A stretch of 64,000 nt of DNA from an uncultured Gammaproteobacteria bacterium (GCA_964594455.1 CAZQLY010000008.1:42-64041); one strand, 5' to 3'. Positions 20,517-31,307 are shown, counted from the stretch's first letter. A program made the numbers and translations. Notes: generated from the letters alone by a model not told the origin.

Positions 20517-21788
20517 ATGACGAATAATTGGAGAATAGGTGTTGTTGGGTTGGGTTATGTTGGATTACCCCTGGCAGTCCAACTAAGTCGGCATTATTCG
20601 GTTGTTGGTTTCAATAGAAGTTTGGAGCGTGTTGAGTCCTTGCGCCGAAGACATGATCCTAACGAAGAAGTTTCAGATAATGAATTAGCTTCTGCTAAAA
20701 TTGAATATACCTGCGAGCCGGCTGATTTGAAGCAGTGTAATTTTATTATTGTGGCTGTACCGACCCCAATAGATCAAAATAATAAACCCGATTTAGAATT
20801 AGTTAGAAACGCTTCAGAGCTGGTCGGGAAGAACATGAGCAAGGGCGCTATCGTGGTCTATGAATCTACGGTTTATCCAGGAGTAACCGAAGATATCTGC
20901 CAGCAAATAATTGAAAAATTCTCAGGCTTAAAATGTGGTACAGATTGGAAGATAGGTTATAGTCCGGAGAGAGTTAATCCAGGAGATAAGAAGCATACGA
21001 TAGACAAAATTGTTAAAGTAGTTAGCGGCATGGATAAAGAAACCTGCGACGCTGTGGCCGAAGTATATGGATCTTTTACCAAAGTGCATAAAGCATCCAA
21101 CATTAAAACAGCTGAGGCGGCCAAAGTTATTGAGAATATTCAGAGGGATTTGAATATCGCGTTAATGAACGAACTATCGCTCATTTTTGAAAAATTGGGT
21201 ATTAAAACAAGAGATGTAATAGAAGCGGCTGCCACGAAATGGAATTTTCATTCTTATTGGCCCGGCCTGGTTGGCGGGCACTGTATTGGAGTAGATCCTT
21301 ATTATCTGACTTATCGAGCTCAGGAGCTGGGATATAATCCAGAAGTGATATTAGCCGGTCGTTCCATCAATGATCGGATGCCAAAAATAGTGGCTCAGAA
21401 AGTTATAAAAACCTGTCAGGTTAAAGGTATTCAGTCTCCTAAGGTGTACGTAATGGGTTTGACTTTTAAAGAAAACGTTAAAGACTTCCGTAACAGCAAG
21501 GCCAAGGCAGTGATAGAGGAGCTTAGGACCAATAAAGCTGAAGTTATTGGCTGGGATCCTTTGTTGGACGATGCTGTCGTAGAACGCGAATTCGGAATAA
21601 AGAATATCGTTTTTGATCAACTAGACCACGCTGATGCTATAATGGTATTAGCGCCACACGATGAATTCAAAGGTTTATCAGCTAAGCAAGTTGCCGAGAA
21701 GACGACTAATGGGGTATTATTCGATTTGCGGGGCATATATGACGAAAGGGCGCTTACGGATAAGGGCATTACATATCTTACCCTTTAA
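20517..21788 (+). CDS. Nucleotide-sugar dehydrogenase (UDP-HexNAc 6-dehydrogenase, WbpO/TviB-like)
   Basis: GLGYVGLP, ESTVYPG, YSPERVNPG and GGHCIGVDP. Confidence 0.92.
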   Translation: MTNNWRIGVVGLGYVGLPLAVQLSRHYSVVGFNRSLERVESLRRRHDPNEEVSDNELASAKIEYTCEPADLKQCNFIIVAVPTPIDQNNKPDLELVRNASELVGKNMSKGAIVVYESTVYPGVTEDICQQIIEKFSGLKCGTDWKIGYSPERVNPGDKKHTIDKIVKVVSGMDKETCDAVAEVYGSFTKVHKASNIKTAEAAKVIENIQRDLNIALMNELSLIFEKLGIKTRDVIEAAATKWNFHSYWPGLVGGHCIGVDPYYLTYRAQELGYNPEVILAGRSINDRMPKIVAQKVIKTCQVKGIQSPKVYVMGLTFKENVKDFRNSKAKAVIEELRTNKAEVIGWDPLLDDAVVEREFGIKNIVFDQLDHADAIMVLAPHDEFKGLSAKQVAEKTTNGVLFDLRGIYDERALTDKGITYLTL

Positions 21789-21797
21789 TATTGAAGC

Positions 21798-21872
21798 ATG
21801 AAATTTCTTATCACTGGCGGTGCCGGAGCCTGTCTCGCGCCTCAGATAGCAAATAAAATAAATAATTATTAA
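21798..21872 (+). pseudogene. Truncated duplicate of the rmlB 5' end (24-codon mini-ORF)
   Basis: Encodes MKFLITGGAG; 27/30 nt identical to 21883-21912, then diverges. Confidence 0.75.
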
Positions 21873-21882
21873 AATTGAACAT

Positions 21883-22878
21883 ATGAAGTTTTTAATCACT
21901 GGCGGTGCCGGATTCATGGGTTCAAACTTTATTCGCTATTTACTTGATAACTATCCCGATTTTGAGATAGTGAATTTTGACAAACTGACTTATGCGGGAA
22001 ACCTGGAAAACTTAAAAGACGTCGAGGCCAATACCCGCTATGAGCTTGTTAAGGGTGACATAGCAGACGAAAAGGCAGTGGATCAAGTGATGCAGAAGGG
22101 GATTGATCAGATAATCAACTTCGCGGCCGAGACCCATGTTGATCGTTCCATTCATGGGGCTAAAAGCTTCATCTTGACAGATGTCGTGGGAACATATACT
22201 TTGCTGGAAGCTGCTAAAAAATATGATGTAAAGAAATATATCCAGATATCAACTGACGAAGTTTTTGGCTCTACTGACGAGGATGAGTTCTTTGAGACTA
22301 CGGCTTTTGAACCAAACAGTCCTTATTCAGCCTCTAAGGCCGGTGGTGACCATTTGGTTAGGGCGTATTGGAAGACTTATGACCTACCAACCATTGTTAC
22401 TCACAGCTGCAATTTTTATGGACCCTATCAATATCCAGAAAAGCTGATACCGCTGTTTGTTACAAATCTGATAGAAGGCAAGAAGATACCAGTTTATGGA
22501 GATGGTCAGAACATCCGAGAGTGGATATACGTGCCAGATTATTGTCGCGCTATTGATACTATTATTCAAAAGGGTGAAATCGGTGAGGTTTATAATATTG
22601 GCACTGGCTATCGTAAAACCAATATGGAAATTACCAAAACAATATTAGAGTTGATGAATAAAGGCGAAGACATGATTGAGTATGTTAAAGACAGGCCCGG
22701 TCACGATAGGCGATACGCTGTTAATTCTGACAAACTACGCCAGCTTGGTTGGCAACCAGACATTCCATTTGAACAGGGTATTAAAGAGACGATAGAATGG
22801 TACCAAGAGCATGAGGGCTGGTGGAAAAGGATAAAAAGTGGTGAATATTTGGAGTATTACAAAAAACAATACGGGTAA
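21883..22878 (+). CDS. rmlB: dTDP-glucose 4,6-dehydratase
   Basis: DKLTYAGNLENL, AAETHVDRSI, ISTDEV, YSASK and DRPGHDRRY. Confidence 0.96.
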   Translation: MKFLITGGAGFMGSNFIRYLLDNYPDFEIVNFDKLTYAGNLENLKDVEANTRYELVKGDIADEKAVDQVMQKGIDQIINFAAETHVDRSIHGAKSFILTDVVGTYTLLEAAKKYDVKKYIQISTDEVFGSTDEDEFFETTAFEPNSPYSASKAGGDHLVRAYWKTYDLPTIVTHSCNFYGPYQYPEKLIPLFVTNLIEGKKIPVYGDGQNIREWIYVPDYCRAIDTIIQKGEIGEVYNIGTGYRKTNMEITKTILELMNKGEDMIEYVKDRPGHDRRYAVNSDKLRQLGWQPDIPFEQGIKETIEWYQEHEGWWKRIKSGEYLEYYKKQYG

Positions 22879-22961
22879 ACTTTACTTGGGTGTAATAATA
22901 AGATAAAATAACGATACACTGGAAGGAATAATCACAATACCAAACCATTAATAGGGAATAA

Positions 22962-23786
22962 ATGAAATTATTAATAGTTGGAAGCAAAGGAATGCTGGGC
23001 TCAGCTCTAGCAAAAATCCTCAAAGATAATGAATTAGTACTTTGGGACTTGCCAGAGGTGGATATAACCAAAGAGGATATAGTTGATAGGATTGTGGCTG
23101 AGAATCCTGAAATAGTCATCAATGCTGCTGGATACACCGATGTTGACGGTTGCGAATCCAACAAAAAAGAAGCCAAAGCTGCAAATGTTGAAGGAGTGGA
23201 ATATTTAGCTGAGAGCTGTGAGCAGTTAAACACTCCATTAATCCATTTCAGTACGGATTATGTTTTTAAGGGTGACACAAAGGACGGTTACAAAGAGGAT
23301 GATGAGATTAATCCAATAAATAGTTACGGCAAGACAAAAGCCGAGGGTGAAAAGAAATTGAGAAAAATCACTGAAGCCCATTTTTTGATTAGGACCTCAG
23401 CCCTTTTTGGTCCTAATGGCAAAAATTTTGTTGATACCATGCTAGAGAAGGGGAAGTCGGGGGGGTCTATACAAGTTGTTAACGATCAGATGCTGAAGCC
23501 TACTTATACCTTTGATGTTGCTAAAAAAATAAAAGAACTGATTGATATGCAGCCAGAATACGGTATTTATCACATAGTCAATGAAGGCTCAGTCAGCTGG
23601 TACGATTTTGCTAAAAAAATATTCGAAATAGCAGACCTACAAGCCGACCTTACCCCAGTTTCTTCAAAGCAATACAAAACTCCCGCCAAAAGACCGACCA
23701 ACTCAACCTTGATTAATACAAAATTAAAACCGCTCCGACACTGGGCCGAAGCCTTGGAAGAATATATTAAGAATAAATCTAGCTAG
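22962..23786 (+). CDS. rmlD: dTDP-4-dehydrorhamnose reductase
   Basis: GSKGMLG, FSTDYVF, YGKTK and TPAKRP. Confidence 0.94.
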   Translation: MKLLIVGSKGMLGSALAKILKDNELVLWDLPEVDITKEDIVDRIVAENPEIVINAAGYTDVDGCESNKKEAKAANVEGVEYLAESCEQLNTPLIHFSTDYVFKGDTKDGYKEDDEINPINSYGKTKAEGEKKLRKITEAHFLIRTSALFGPNGKNFVDTMLEKGKSGGSIQVVNDQMLKPTYTFDVAKKIKELIDMQPEYGIYHIVNEGSVSWYDFAKKIFEIADLQADLTPVSSKQYKTPAKRPTNSTLINTKLKPLRHWAEALEEYIKNKSS

Positions 23787-25108
23787 CGCAGGGATCGTTG
23801 CCAGATCTGATTATCGCCAGTCCCCAGGTAGTAGATATGTTCTTGCTGATGATCAAGCTGAAACCAATCAGCGTAATTTTCTATAAGCGTTGTTTGGTGT
23901 CTAACGTTTGAAAATGCCTCTAAGGAAATGGCATTTATTTTATTATTCTGAGAAAAAAGCAAATACGGCCAAGAATCATACTGGACAACTTGTTCAATAG
24001 GCTGACTAACTCTAGTTAACACTGTCTGAGTATCGTTGTCGATATCCCAAAGCCAAATTTCAAAATTGTCATAGTATATAACTTCCGTTCCGGTATCCAG
24101 CCAAAATGCATCTCGGGCCGCTTTTTTTATACTAAATATTTTTGATTGAGGTTCGCTTGGTTCTATCAAGTATAAGTCATTGGATGCTTGGTCTATAATA
24201 ATCAAACTGTCTTTTTCTGATGCACTAAAACTATAGTATTCTGAATAGGGTAGTCGAGCTAAAATCTCGCTATTTTCTGGGTTATCGTTTAATAAGTAGA
24301 GATAGGTAGTGTTGGAATTTTGACTTATAAAGTACACCTGGTCATTTTCGTGATAGAATTTATCTATTTTATCTAGACCACAGACAGATTCTTTATTAGC
24401 AATTGATCCTCGGCAAATTTTTTCGTTTTGAATATACAACAGTGTATCGTAATTTAAAATGTCTATTTGAGTTATGTCTTGAGGAAGCCAGTCTAGTGCT
24501 GTTTCCGAATTGTTATTTAAGTTAATTAAAGCGATTTTTTCCCCCTCGGAGTTTTTATAAGAAACAATCAAACTATTGTCAGAGACCGGGCTTTCTATTT
24601 TGATATCGCTGAGGGTTTCCAAAATACTGCTTGTCTCCTGATTGATAACGTTTACTTTTTTTAAATATTCACCAGATTTATCTTGGGTAACTAAAATAAG
24701 ATTATCGCTGTTTGGAACTAGTTCTACTTGAACAATTTTTTCATTAACAACTAACTGGCTCGGTATGTCTCTAAAAAGAACGATGTCTAAGATGGTTGTC
24801 GCTTCGTTATCATTAATCTGAATATTATTTTGCCAGGGCAAATACCCATCTTTTTTTATTTCCACGTTGTATTCACCAGGCAGGAGATTCGAGATTATTC
24901 TTGGGGTCTTCTTGTTGGTATCTTCGCCGTTGATAAATATAGAACCACTTTTTGGAATACTGGATAAGTTCATTACCCCTGTCCGGATTAGTCTTTTTCT
25001 GGCCCAATCATAACGATACCCGGCGGTATGGATCAAAAGCAGGGGAGCGATAACCAAGAAGATGAGGATAAAAGTAATATATAGTATGCGACGTGTCCGT
25101 CGAGTCAT
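23783..25108 (-). CDS. PEGA-domain membrane-anchored protein
   Basis: N-terminal TM helix with GYRYD, and SSIPKSGSIFING...LLPGEYNVEIKKDGYLPW. Confidence 0.8.
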   Translation of the reverse strand: MTRRTRRILYITFILIFLVIAPLLLIHTAGYRYDWARKRLIRTGVMNLSSIPKSGSIFINGEDTNKKTPRIISNLLPGEYNVEIKKDGYLPWQNNIQINDNEATTILDIVLFRDIPSQLVVNEKIVQVELVPNSDNLILVTQDKSGEYLKKVNVINQETSSILETLSDIKIESPVSDNSLIVSYKNSEGEKIALINLNNNSETALDWLPQDITQIDILNYDTLLYIQNEKICRGSIANKESVCGLDKIDKFYHENDQVYFISQNSNTTYLYLLNDNPENSEILARLPYSEYYSFSASEKDSLIIIDQASNDLYLIEPSEPQSKIFSIKKAARDAFWLDTGTEVIYYDNFEIWLWDIDNDTQTVLTRVSQPIEQVVQYDSWPYLLFSQNNKINAISLEAFSNVRHQTTLIENYADWFQLDHQQEHIYYLGTGDNQIWQRSLR

Positions 25109-25194
25109 TTTGACCTTTTTTTAATTTACAGTTACAATCTAGTAAGAAAATACCTAATTATTCTAACATAACTATTCTTTCAGGCAATGGCCTT

Positions 25195-26460
25195 ATGGAA
25201 AGATTCATTGTTGAAGGTGGGCAAGAGTTATCAGGTGAGATAACTGTCAATGGAGCAAAGAACTCTGCTCTAAAGATAATTGCCTCGACAATTTTAACCG
25301 ATGAGACGTGCAGGATAGAGAATGTTCCCGATATTGCTGATATTGTGGCACTGCTTGAGATATTGAAGGATATTGGCGCTGATGTCAAACAAGTGGACAG
25401 CCATATCTATGAGATAAACTGCTCAGGTATATCGAGCCCAGTTCTCAATCCGGAGCTGGTTAAGAAGCTGAGAGCTTCAGTGGTTTTGTTGGGACCGCTC
25501 CTGGCGCGATTTGGTGAGGTGAAATTTCCCCATCCAGGGGGCTGTGTTATCGGCCAACGCCCGATAGACATCTTTATAGATGGATTGAAGGCACTAGAAG
25601 CAGAAGTCTCAGAGCATCCGGAGTATTACCATTTCAAGGCCAAAAAACTTCAGGGAACTACGTTTGTTTTTCCTAGAATTAGCGTAACAGCAACTGAAAC
25701 ATTAATTCTGGCAGCTTCTTTAGCCCGGGGTACTACGATTTTAAAATTTGCTGCCTGTGAACCAGAGATTGAATATATGATACAATATTTGAACCAGCGA
25801 GGAGCTCGTATCAGCGGAGGTGGTACCCATACCGTGACAATAGAAGGAGTTGAGGCGATACAGGGTGGTCAGACCAAAATTATCCCGGATCGTTTAGAAA
25901 CCGGAACTTTTGCTATCCTAGGAGCCTTGGCTGGGAAAGAGATTGTGATAAAAGATTGTGAACCCAAACACCTGGAAGTGCCTTGGAAGATTTTTCTGCA
26001 GGCTGGTATGAAGTTTGAGCTGGGGGAAGACACGGTGAAAATATTTCGTTCCCCACAACTAAAAGCTACTAATCTAATCACTCATGAGTATCCAGGGTTT
26101 GTCACTGATCTTCAGGCTCCTTTCACCGTATTAATGACTCAAGCACAAGGAATGAGCCTTATCCATGAGACTGTCTATGAGGCTCGGCTTTTCTATATCG
26201 ATAAGCTTAACAAAATGGGGGCTAATATAATCATGTGTGATCCTCATAGGGTGGTGGTACAGGGTCCCACTCAGCTCAAGGGAGGAAAACTAGAAAGCCC
26301 GGACATCCGAGCCGGGATTGCTTTAGTGATAGCGGCTTTGATCGCTGAAGGCAAGAGCATAATCGAGAATATATATCAAGTTGACCGCGGTTATGAGGCA
26401 ATTGATAAGCGCTTACAAGCCTTGGGAGCTAAAATCGAAAGGGTAGTAATAAATGAATAA
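25195..26460 (+). CDS. murA: UDP-N-acetylglucosamine 1-carboxyvinyltransferase
   Basis: GAKNS, PGGCVIGQRP, PGFVTDLQ and DRGYE. Confidence 0.97.
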   Translation: MERFIVEGGQELSGEITVNGAKNSALKIIASTILTDETCRIENVPDIADIVALLEILKDIGADVKQVDSHIYEINCSGISSPVLNPELVKKLRASVVLLGPLLARFGEVKFPHPGGCVIGQRPIDIFIDGLKALEAEVSEHPEYYHFKAKKLQGTTFVFPRISVTATETLILAASLARGTTILKFAACEPEIEYMIQYLNQRGARISGGGTHTVTIEGVEAIQGGQTKIIPDRLETGTFAILGALAGKEIVIKDCEPKHLEVPWKIFLQAGMKFELGEDTVKIFRSPQLKATNLITHEYPGFVTDLQAPFTVLMTQAQGMSLIHETVYEARLFYIDKLNKMGANIIMCDPHRVVVQGPTQLKGGKLESPDIRAGIALVIAALIAEGKSIIENIYQVDRGYEAIDKRLQALGAKIERVVINE

Positions 26461-27706
26461 CATATCGGCTCAGCCTAAGGGCGGCTCGTCAAAGATTTTT
26501 TTAAGGTTACTGATTTGGTATTTAGGACTGTCTGCCTTGGTGCTGACATTTTTTGTTGGTTATTTTATGGGTAGTTCTGGTGCTCGCACCGGTTCTGGTA
26601 TCAAAATTTTAACTGATATTGTGGATGAAGCCCCATCAGTAGTTAAAAATCAAGATTTAGATTACGGACTTTACTGGGATGTTTGGAAATATATGGCGGA
26701 TGAGTACATTGGCCAGCCTATAGATGAAAAAGCGGCTTTTTATGGCTCCCTCAAAGGCATGGTTGCTTCACTAAATGATCCTTATTCTATTTTTCTAGAT
26801 CCAGAGGAATCGCGCGAGTTTGATATAGAAATCAGCGGACAGTTTGAGGGAGTGGGCGCTGAGATAGGGATTAAAGATGAACAGCTGGTAGTGATCTCTC
26901 CTCTGAGTGGCTCTCCGGCGGAAAAAGCAGGTTTGAAAGCGGGAGATGCAATTATAAAGATTGATGATTTAGACACTAGTGGATTGTCAGTTGATCAGGC
27001 AGTTCAATATATCCGGGGAGAAAAGGGGACAACTGTAAATTTATACGTATTGCATGAAGATGAATCAGAGCCTGTAACGGTTTCCATAGTTAGGGATACT
27101 ATTAATACAATCAGTGTCGATTGGGAAATGTTGGATGATGATATAGCCTATCTTAATGTAGCCAGCTTCTCTACTGATACAATAACTCAATTATCACCGA
27201 CAATTAACGAAATGTTATTGAAACAGCCCCAGGGTTTAATACTCGATTTACGAGGTAATCCCGGAGGCTATCTAGATGTAGCTGTTGAAGTGGCGGGGGA
27301 GTTCATTATTGATGATGTGGTAGTTATTGAGGAATTCAGTAATGGTCGTCAGCAATCCTACAAAGCTGATGGCCAGCATCGTTTGTACGGTATACCGACA
27401 GTAGTATTAGTCGGCCCTGGTACAGCTTCGGCTGCAGAGATATTAGCGGGCGCTTTGCAGGATTATAATCTAGCTACTTTAGTGGGTGAAACCACTTTTG
27501 GAAAAGGCCTAGTACAAGATTATACCGAGTTTGATGATGGGTCGAGTTTGAAGATAAGCGTGGCCAAATGGTTGACCCCAAATAGCCGCTCGATACACGA
27601 AACGGGCATAACTCCTGATATTATGGTAGAATACGAATATGAGGATTATCAAGCTGGTATAGATCCCCAGCTGGATAGGGCTCTAGAAGTATTAAATTCT
27701 GAATAA
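26453..27706 (+). CDS. ctpA: S41 C-terminal processing peptidase (PDZ)
   Basis: FEGVGAEI, DLRGNPGG, TASAAEI and TFGKG. Confidence 0.9.
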   Translation: MNNISAQPKGGSSKIFLRLLIWYLGLSALVLTFFVGYFMGSSGARTGSGIKILTDIVDEAPSVVKNQDLDYGLYWDVWKYMADEYIGQPIDEKAAFYGSLKGMVASLNDPYSIFLDPEESREFDIEISGQFEGVGAEIGIKDEQLVVISPLSGSPAEKAGLKAGDAIIKIDDLDTSGLSVDQAVQYIRGEKGTTVNLYVLHEDESEPVTVSIVRDTINTISVDWEMLDDDIAYLNVASFSTDTITQLSPTINEMLLKQPQGLILDLRGNPGGYLDVAVEVAGEFIIDDVVVIEEFSNGRQQSYKADGQHRLYGIPTVVLVGPGTASAAEILAGALQDYNLATLVGETTFGKGLVQDYTEFDDGSSLKISVAKWLTPNSRSIHETGITPDIMVEYEYEDYQAGIDPQLDRALEVLNSE

Positions 27707-27981
27707 TGAAACAGAAATTGAATTTAACAATCCATGGCGTAGTCCAGGGTGTTAATCTGCGATCCATGATAAAGGTACAAGCCTTAACGCTGGGGTTGGC
27801 AGGGTTTGTAACTAATCAAGCTGATGGAACCGTGATTGTAGAAGCGGAAGGAGAAAAAGAAAAAATGGAAGAATTAATCAAATGGCTTAATACTAAACCA
27901 GGCAATTGTCAGATTTATCGGATGGAAGATGTTTGGGATGAGGCCACTGATCAATATGAAGATTTCGTTATTAAATACTAA
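27706..27981 (+). CDS. acyP: Acylphosphatase
   Basis: GVVQGVNLR and GFVTNQADGTVIVEAEG. Confidence 0.9.
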   Translation: MKQKLNLTIHGVVQGVNLRSMIKVQALTLGLAGFVTNQADGTVIVEAEGEKEKMEELIKWLNTKPGNCQIYRMEDVWDEATDQYEDFVIKY

Positions 27982-27994
27982 AGTTGAGTGATCT

Positions 27995-28447
27995 GTGAAA
28001 GTAATATTAATAAAAAACGTTGATAGTCTAGGGAAAGCCGGTCAAGTCAAAAATGTTTCTGACGGATATGCCAGGAATTACCTGCTACCCAAAGGCCTGG
28101 TCCAGCCGGCAACAGAGGCTAATGTTAAGAACGCCGAAGTGTTAAACAAAAAAACACAGACCGTCGAAGGCAAAAAGGCTAAGGCGCAGAAATCAGCCCT
28201 GTCGCATATTAAAGGCCTGATAGTAACAATTAAGGCCAAGGCTACACCTGAGGGAAAGTTATTTGCTGGAATAGATGCTCAGCGGATAGTAGATGAGCTA
28301 AGGCAATTAGTTGATTTTAACTTTCCGGTTGGGGGAGTAATGTTAGACAAACCAATTAAACAAACTGGACAGTATAAAGTAGATGTACAAACTGGTGAAA
28401 ATAAAGAAACCATAGAATTAAATATTATTAACGAGAATGAAAAATAG
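27995..28447 (+). CDS. rplI: 50S ribosomal protein L9
   Basis: MKVILIKNVDSLGKAGQVKNVSDGYARNYLLP (GTG start). Confidence 0.95.
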   Translation: MKVILIKNVDSLGKAGQVKNVSDGYARNYLLPKGLVQPATEANVKNAEVLNKKTQTVEGKKAKAQKSALSHIKGLIVTIKAKATPEGKLFAGIDAQRIVDELRQLVDFNFPVGGVMLDKPIKQTGQYKVDVQTGENKETIELNIINENEK

Positions 28448-30071
28448 GAAGTATATTTTTGTAATCGGTGGTGTGCTTTCCGGTCTGGGTAAAGGCATCG
28501 CAGTATCATCCATTGGTTTATTGCTTAAGAACCGTGGGTTTAACGTTACGGCTTTAAAAATTGACCCTTACGTAAATGTTGATGCGGGCACCATGAACCC
28601 AACAGAGCATGGGGAGGTTTTTGTTACTAAAGATGGTCTGGAGACTGACCAGGATATTGGAAATTATGAAAGATTCCTCAATACCGACCTGACTCGCGAT
28701 AATTATATGACTACTGGAGCGGTTTATCTGTCAGTAATACAGAAAGAGCGCAATTTAGAATATAAGGGACGCTGTGTGGAAGTGGTACCGCATATTCCAG
28801 AAGAAGTTATTCGGCGCATTCAAACAGCTTGTCGGAAGACTAAGTCCGATGTTGTCCTGATTGAGATAGGCGGCACAGTCGGGGAATATCAGAATTTGCT
28901 TTTCTTAGAAGCGGCCAGGATGATGCGTTTGCATGAGCCTGATAACGTACTTTTTGTTTTAGTCAGCTATTTGCCTATTCCGTCCAAGATTGGAGAGATG
29001 AAGACGAAACCAACCCAGTATGCGGTTCGAACATTGAATTCTGCAGGTATCCAGCCGGACTTCTTGCTCTGCCGGGCTGAAAAGCCGTTAGATAAACCGC
29101 GTCGAGAGAAACTGGCGGTATTTTGTAACATGTCACCCGATAGCGTGATGACCGCCATGGATGTTGATAACATCTACAAAGTGCCTTTGAATCTTGATAA
29201 AGAAAATCTCACTCGAAGAATAATGCAAAAGTTGAGTTTGCAGCAGAAGACAAACCGACTACCAAACTGGCGCAAATTGGTAACCAAAATGACTCAGGCT
29301 AAAGGTGAGATCAAAATTGGCATTGTAGGCAAGTATTTCGCTACTGGGAATTTTACATTGGCTGATTCCTATATTTCAGTTATTGAAGCCTTAAAGCATG
29401 CTGCTTGGTCTGAGGGGCTGAAGCCAAGATTAGAATGGATCAATTCTGAGGATTACGAAAAGCGTAAAACATCAGTTGAAGAGCTCAAACGATATGATGG
29501 AATCATAGTACCGCAGGGCTGGGGGCATCGAGGATCAGAAGGAAAAATAGCCGCGATTAAATATTTGCGTGAAAACAATATTCCTTACTTAGGTTTATGC
29601 TATGGTATGCAAATGGCGGTTATTGAATTTGCCAGAAATGTAGCAAAATTGTCTCGGGCTAACTCCAGGGAGATAGATCCAAAGACTCCTCATCCCGTTA
29701 TACACATTATGCCTGAGCAAGAAGAGTATTTAGTTAAAAAACAATATGGCGGTACGATCAGATTAGGAAATTGGCCCTGTAAACTGACTCCAAAAACTAG
29801 GACAGCTCAGGTCTATGGTCCTAGCGTTAAGATTGTTCAAGAACGTCATAGACACCGCTATGAATTTAATAATGATTATCGTAAGAAACTAGAATCTAAA
29901 GGTTTGGTAATATCCGGCACTTCTCCCGACGGTAAGCTAGTAGAAGCCATAGAAATTACAGATCATCCATTCTTTGTCGGCACACAATTCCACCCAGAGT
30001 ATCGATCCCGACCCGAAGATCCACACCCACTTTTTGTAGGATTTGTTAAAGCGTCTGCTCAAAAACCATAG
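28437..30071 (+). CDS. pyrG: CTP synthase
   Basis: GGVLSGLGKG, KTKPTQ, GLCYGMQ, ERHRHRYE and QFHPE. Confidence 0.98.
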   Translation: MKNRKYIFVIGGVLSGLGKGIAVSSIGLLLKNRGFNVTALKIDPYVNVDAGTMNPTEHGEVFVTKDGLETDQDIGNYERFLNTDLTRDNYMTTGAVYLSVIQKERNLEYKGRCVEVVPHIPEEVIRRIQTACRKTKSDVVLIEIGGTVGEYQNLLFLEAARMMRLHEPDNVLFVLVSYLPIPSKIGEMKTKPTQYAVRTLNSAGIQPDFLLCRAEKPLDKPRREKLAVFCNMSPDSVMTAMDVDNIYKVPLNLDKENLTRRIMQKLSLQQKTNRLPNWRKLVTKMTQAKGEIKIGIVGKYFATGNFTLADSYISVIEALKHAAWSEGLKPRLEWINSEDYEKRKTSVEELKRYDGIIVPQGWGHRGSEGKIAAIKYLRENNIPYLGLCYGMQMAVIEFARNVAKLSRANSREIDPKTPHPVIHIMPEQEEYLVKKQYGGTIRLGNWPCKLTPKTRTAQVYGPSVKIVQERHRHRYEFNNDYRKKLESKGLVISGTSPDGKLVEAIEITDHPFFVGTQFHPEYRSRPEDPHPLFVGFVKASAQKP

Positions 30072-30082
30072 TTGTTGAATAC

Positions 30083-30116
30083 AAAAAAACCGCCCATTAG
30101 GCGGTTTTTGTTTTTG
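30083..30116. terminator. Bidirectional intrinsic terminator between pyrG and rpmA
   Basis: AAAAACCGCC-CATTA-GGCGGTTTTT between convergent genes. Confidence 0.85.
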
Positions 30117-30124
30117 TCGCAGAA

Positions 30125-30406
30125 TTATTTTTCCGAAACTACATTGACGAAAATTGCTTTCTTCAAATTACCGTCAAATCTTTTTCGCTTCTTTTCTGTG
30201 AATTGTACCACCCCATTAGCTAAGGCCATGATGGTGTCATCACCGGTTTTCTTAACGTTTATTCCTGGATGGTATTTGGTGCCTCGCTGACGAACGATAA
30301 CATTACCCTTGCGAGCTATCTGTCCGCCAAAAAGCTTTATGCCCAGTCTTTTGCTTTGTGAATCGCGGCCGAGACTAGTAGAACCGCCTGATTTCGTGTG
30401 TGCCAT
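30125..30406 (-). CDS. rpmA: 50S ribosomal protein L27
   Basis: MAHTKSGGSTSLGRDSQSKRLG. Confidence 0.97.
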   Translation of the reverse strand: MAHTKSGGSTSLGRDSQSKRLGIKLFGGQIARKGNVIVRQRGTKYHPGINVKKTGDDTIMALANGVVQFTEKKRKRFDGNLKKAIFVNVVSEK

Positions 30407-30446
30407 GATTTAGAAAATAAATATTTCAAGTATTCGTAGTCTAACC

Positions 30447-30737
30447 CTATTCAAAAGGACTGTCAAGGTCAACCGTGGAAAAAGGATCGCGTTTTAACAC
30501 TTTTGATTCAGAAGATTGCGTTTTTTGTTCGTGGAAATCCTGAACCTGGTCTATGATTTTTTCGTTGACTTTTAATTGACGGGCTGAAACCTGATTTTGC
30601 TCTATCGCTGGGGGATTTAGAACAGCCTCATTATATACTCGGAACTGCTGATAGCCGATCCAAAGAATAAACAGAATGCTAAGCAGCCAGATTATTTTTA
30701 TAGTGTATTTTTTTAAGGGTTCGTATGAGAATTTCAT
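30447..30737 (-). CDS. Single-TM protein at the PilP position of the pilus operon
   Basis: One TM helix, RDPF motif near the C-terminus, follows pilO. Confidence 0.55.
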   Translation of the reverse strand: MKFSYEPLKKYTIKIIWLLSILFILWIGYQQFRVYNEAVLNPPAIEQNQVSARQLKVNEKIIDQVQDFHEQKTQSSESKVLKRDPFSTVDLDSPFE

Positions 30738-30749
30738 AAATGTTAGTTA

Positions 30750-31307
30750 CTAATTTCTCCAGTAACTAGTACCGGTCAACGAGGCCTTGATTATATTATC
30801 ACTTGTTGTTGAGTCCGAATTATCTTCGGCTGCGACATTGGATCTGCTAATGCTTAGTTGATCAAAATTCAAATAAAAGTCTAATTGTTCTAAGTCAGCT
30901 AAATATTGGATAATATTGTTATAGCTACCAGTGGGAGCCAAACTTATAGGATGTTCAAATAAATCGTTAGTATTATCTGGGAATTCAGAAATACTTATTT
31001 GTTCATTCACCTTATTTTCTTGAGCGATATCTTCTATAGTTGAAATAAATTCCAGCAGTTTTGATTTTTCTATAAAGTAACTAGCCAGCTCATTATCCTG
31101 CACAATCAAATCCGATTCATCGTGATCAAGCCCAGTTTTTACATTTTGTGTTTCTAGAGTAGCTAGATCGAGTCTTTTGTCATTAATTTCACCAAGGACG
31201 CCATCTACAGAGTCCATCAGCGGAAGTAACACAAACACCACCAAGCCAATGATTATCAGTAAGGATCCGATTATTGTAATAATGGGTTTATGACTCAGAA
31301 TCTTCAT
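30750..31307 (-). CDS. pilO: Type IV pilus alignment protein PilO-like
   Basis: TM helix, coiled coil, GSYNNIIQYLADLEQL and gene order. Confidence 0.75.
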   Translation of the reverse strand: MKILSHKPIITIIGSLLIIIGLVVFVLLPLMDSVDGVLGEINDKRLDLATLETQNVKTGLDHDESDLIVQDNELASYFIEKSKLLEFISTIEDIAQENKVNEQISISEFPDNTNDLFEHPISLAPTGSYNNIIQYLADLEQLDFYLNFDQLSISRSNVAAEDNSDSTTSDNIIKASLTGTSYWRN

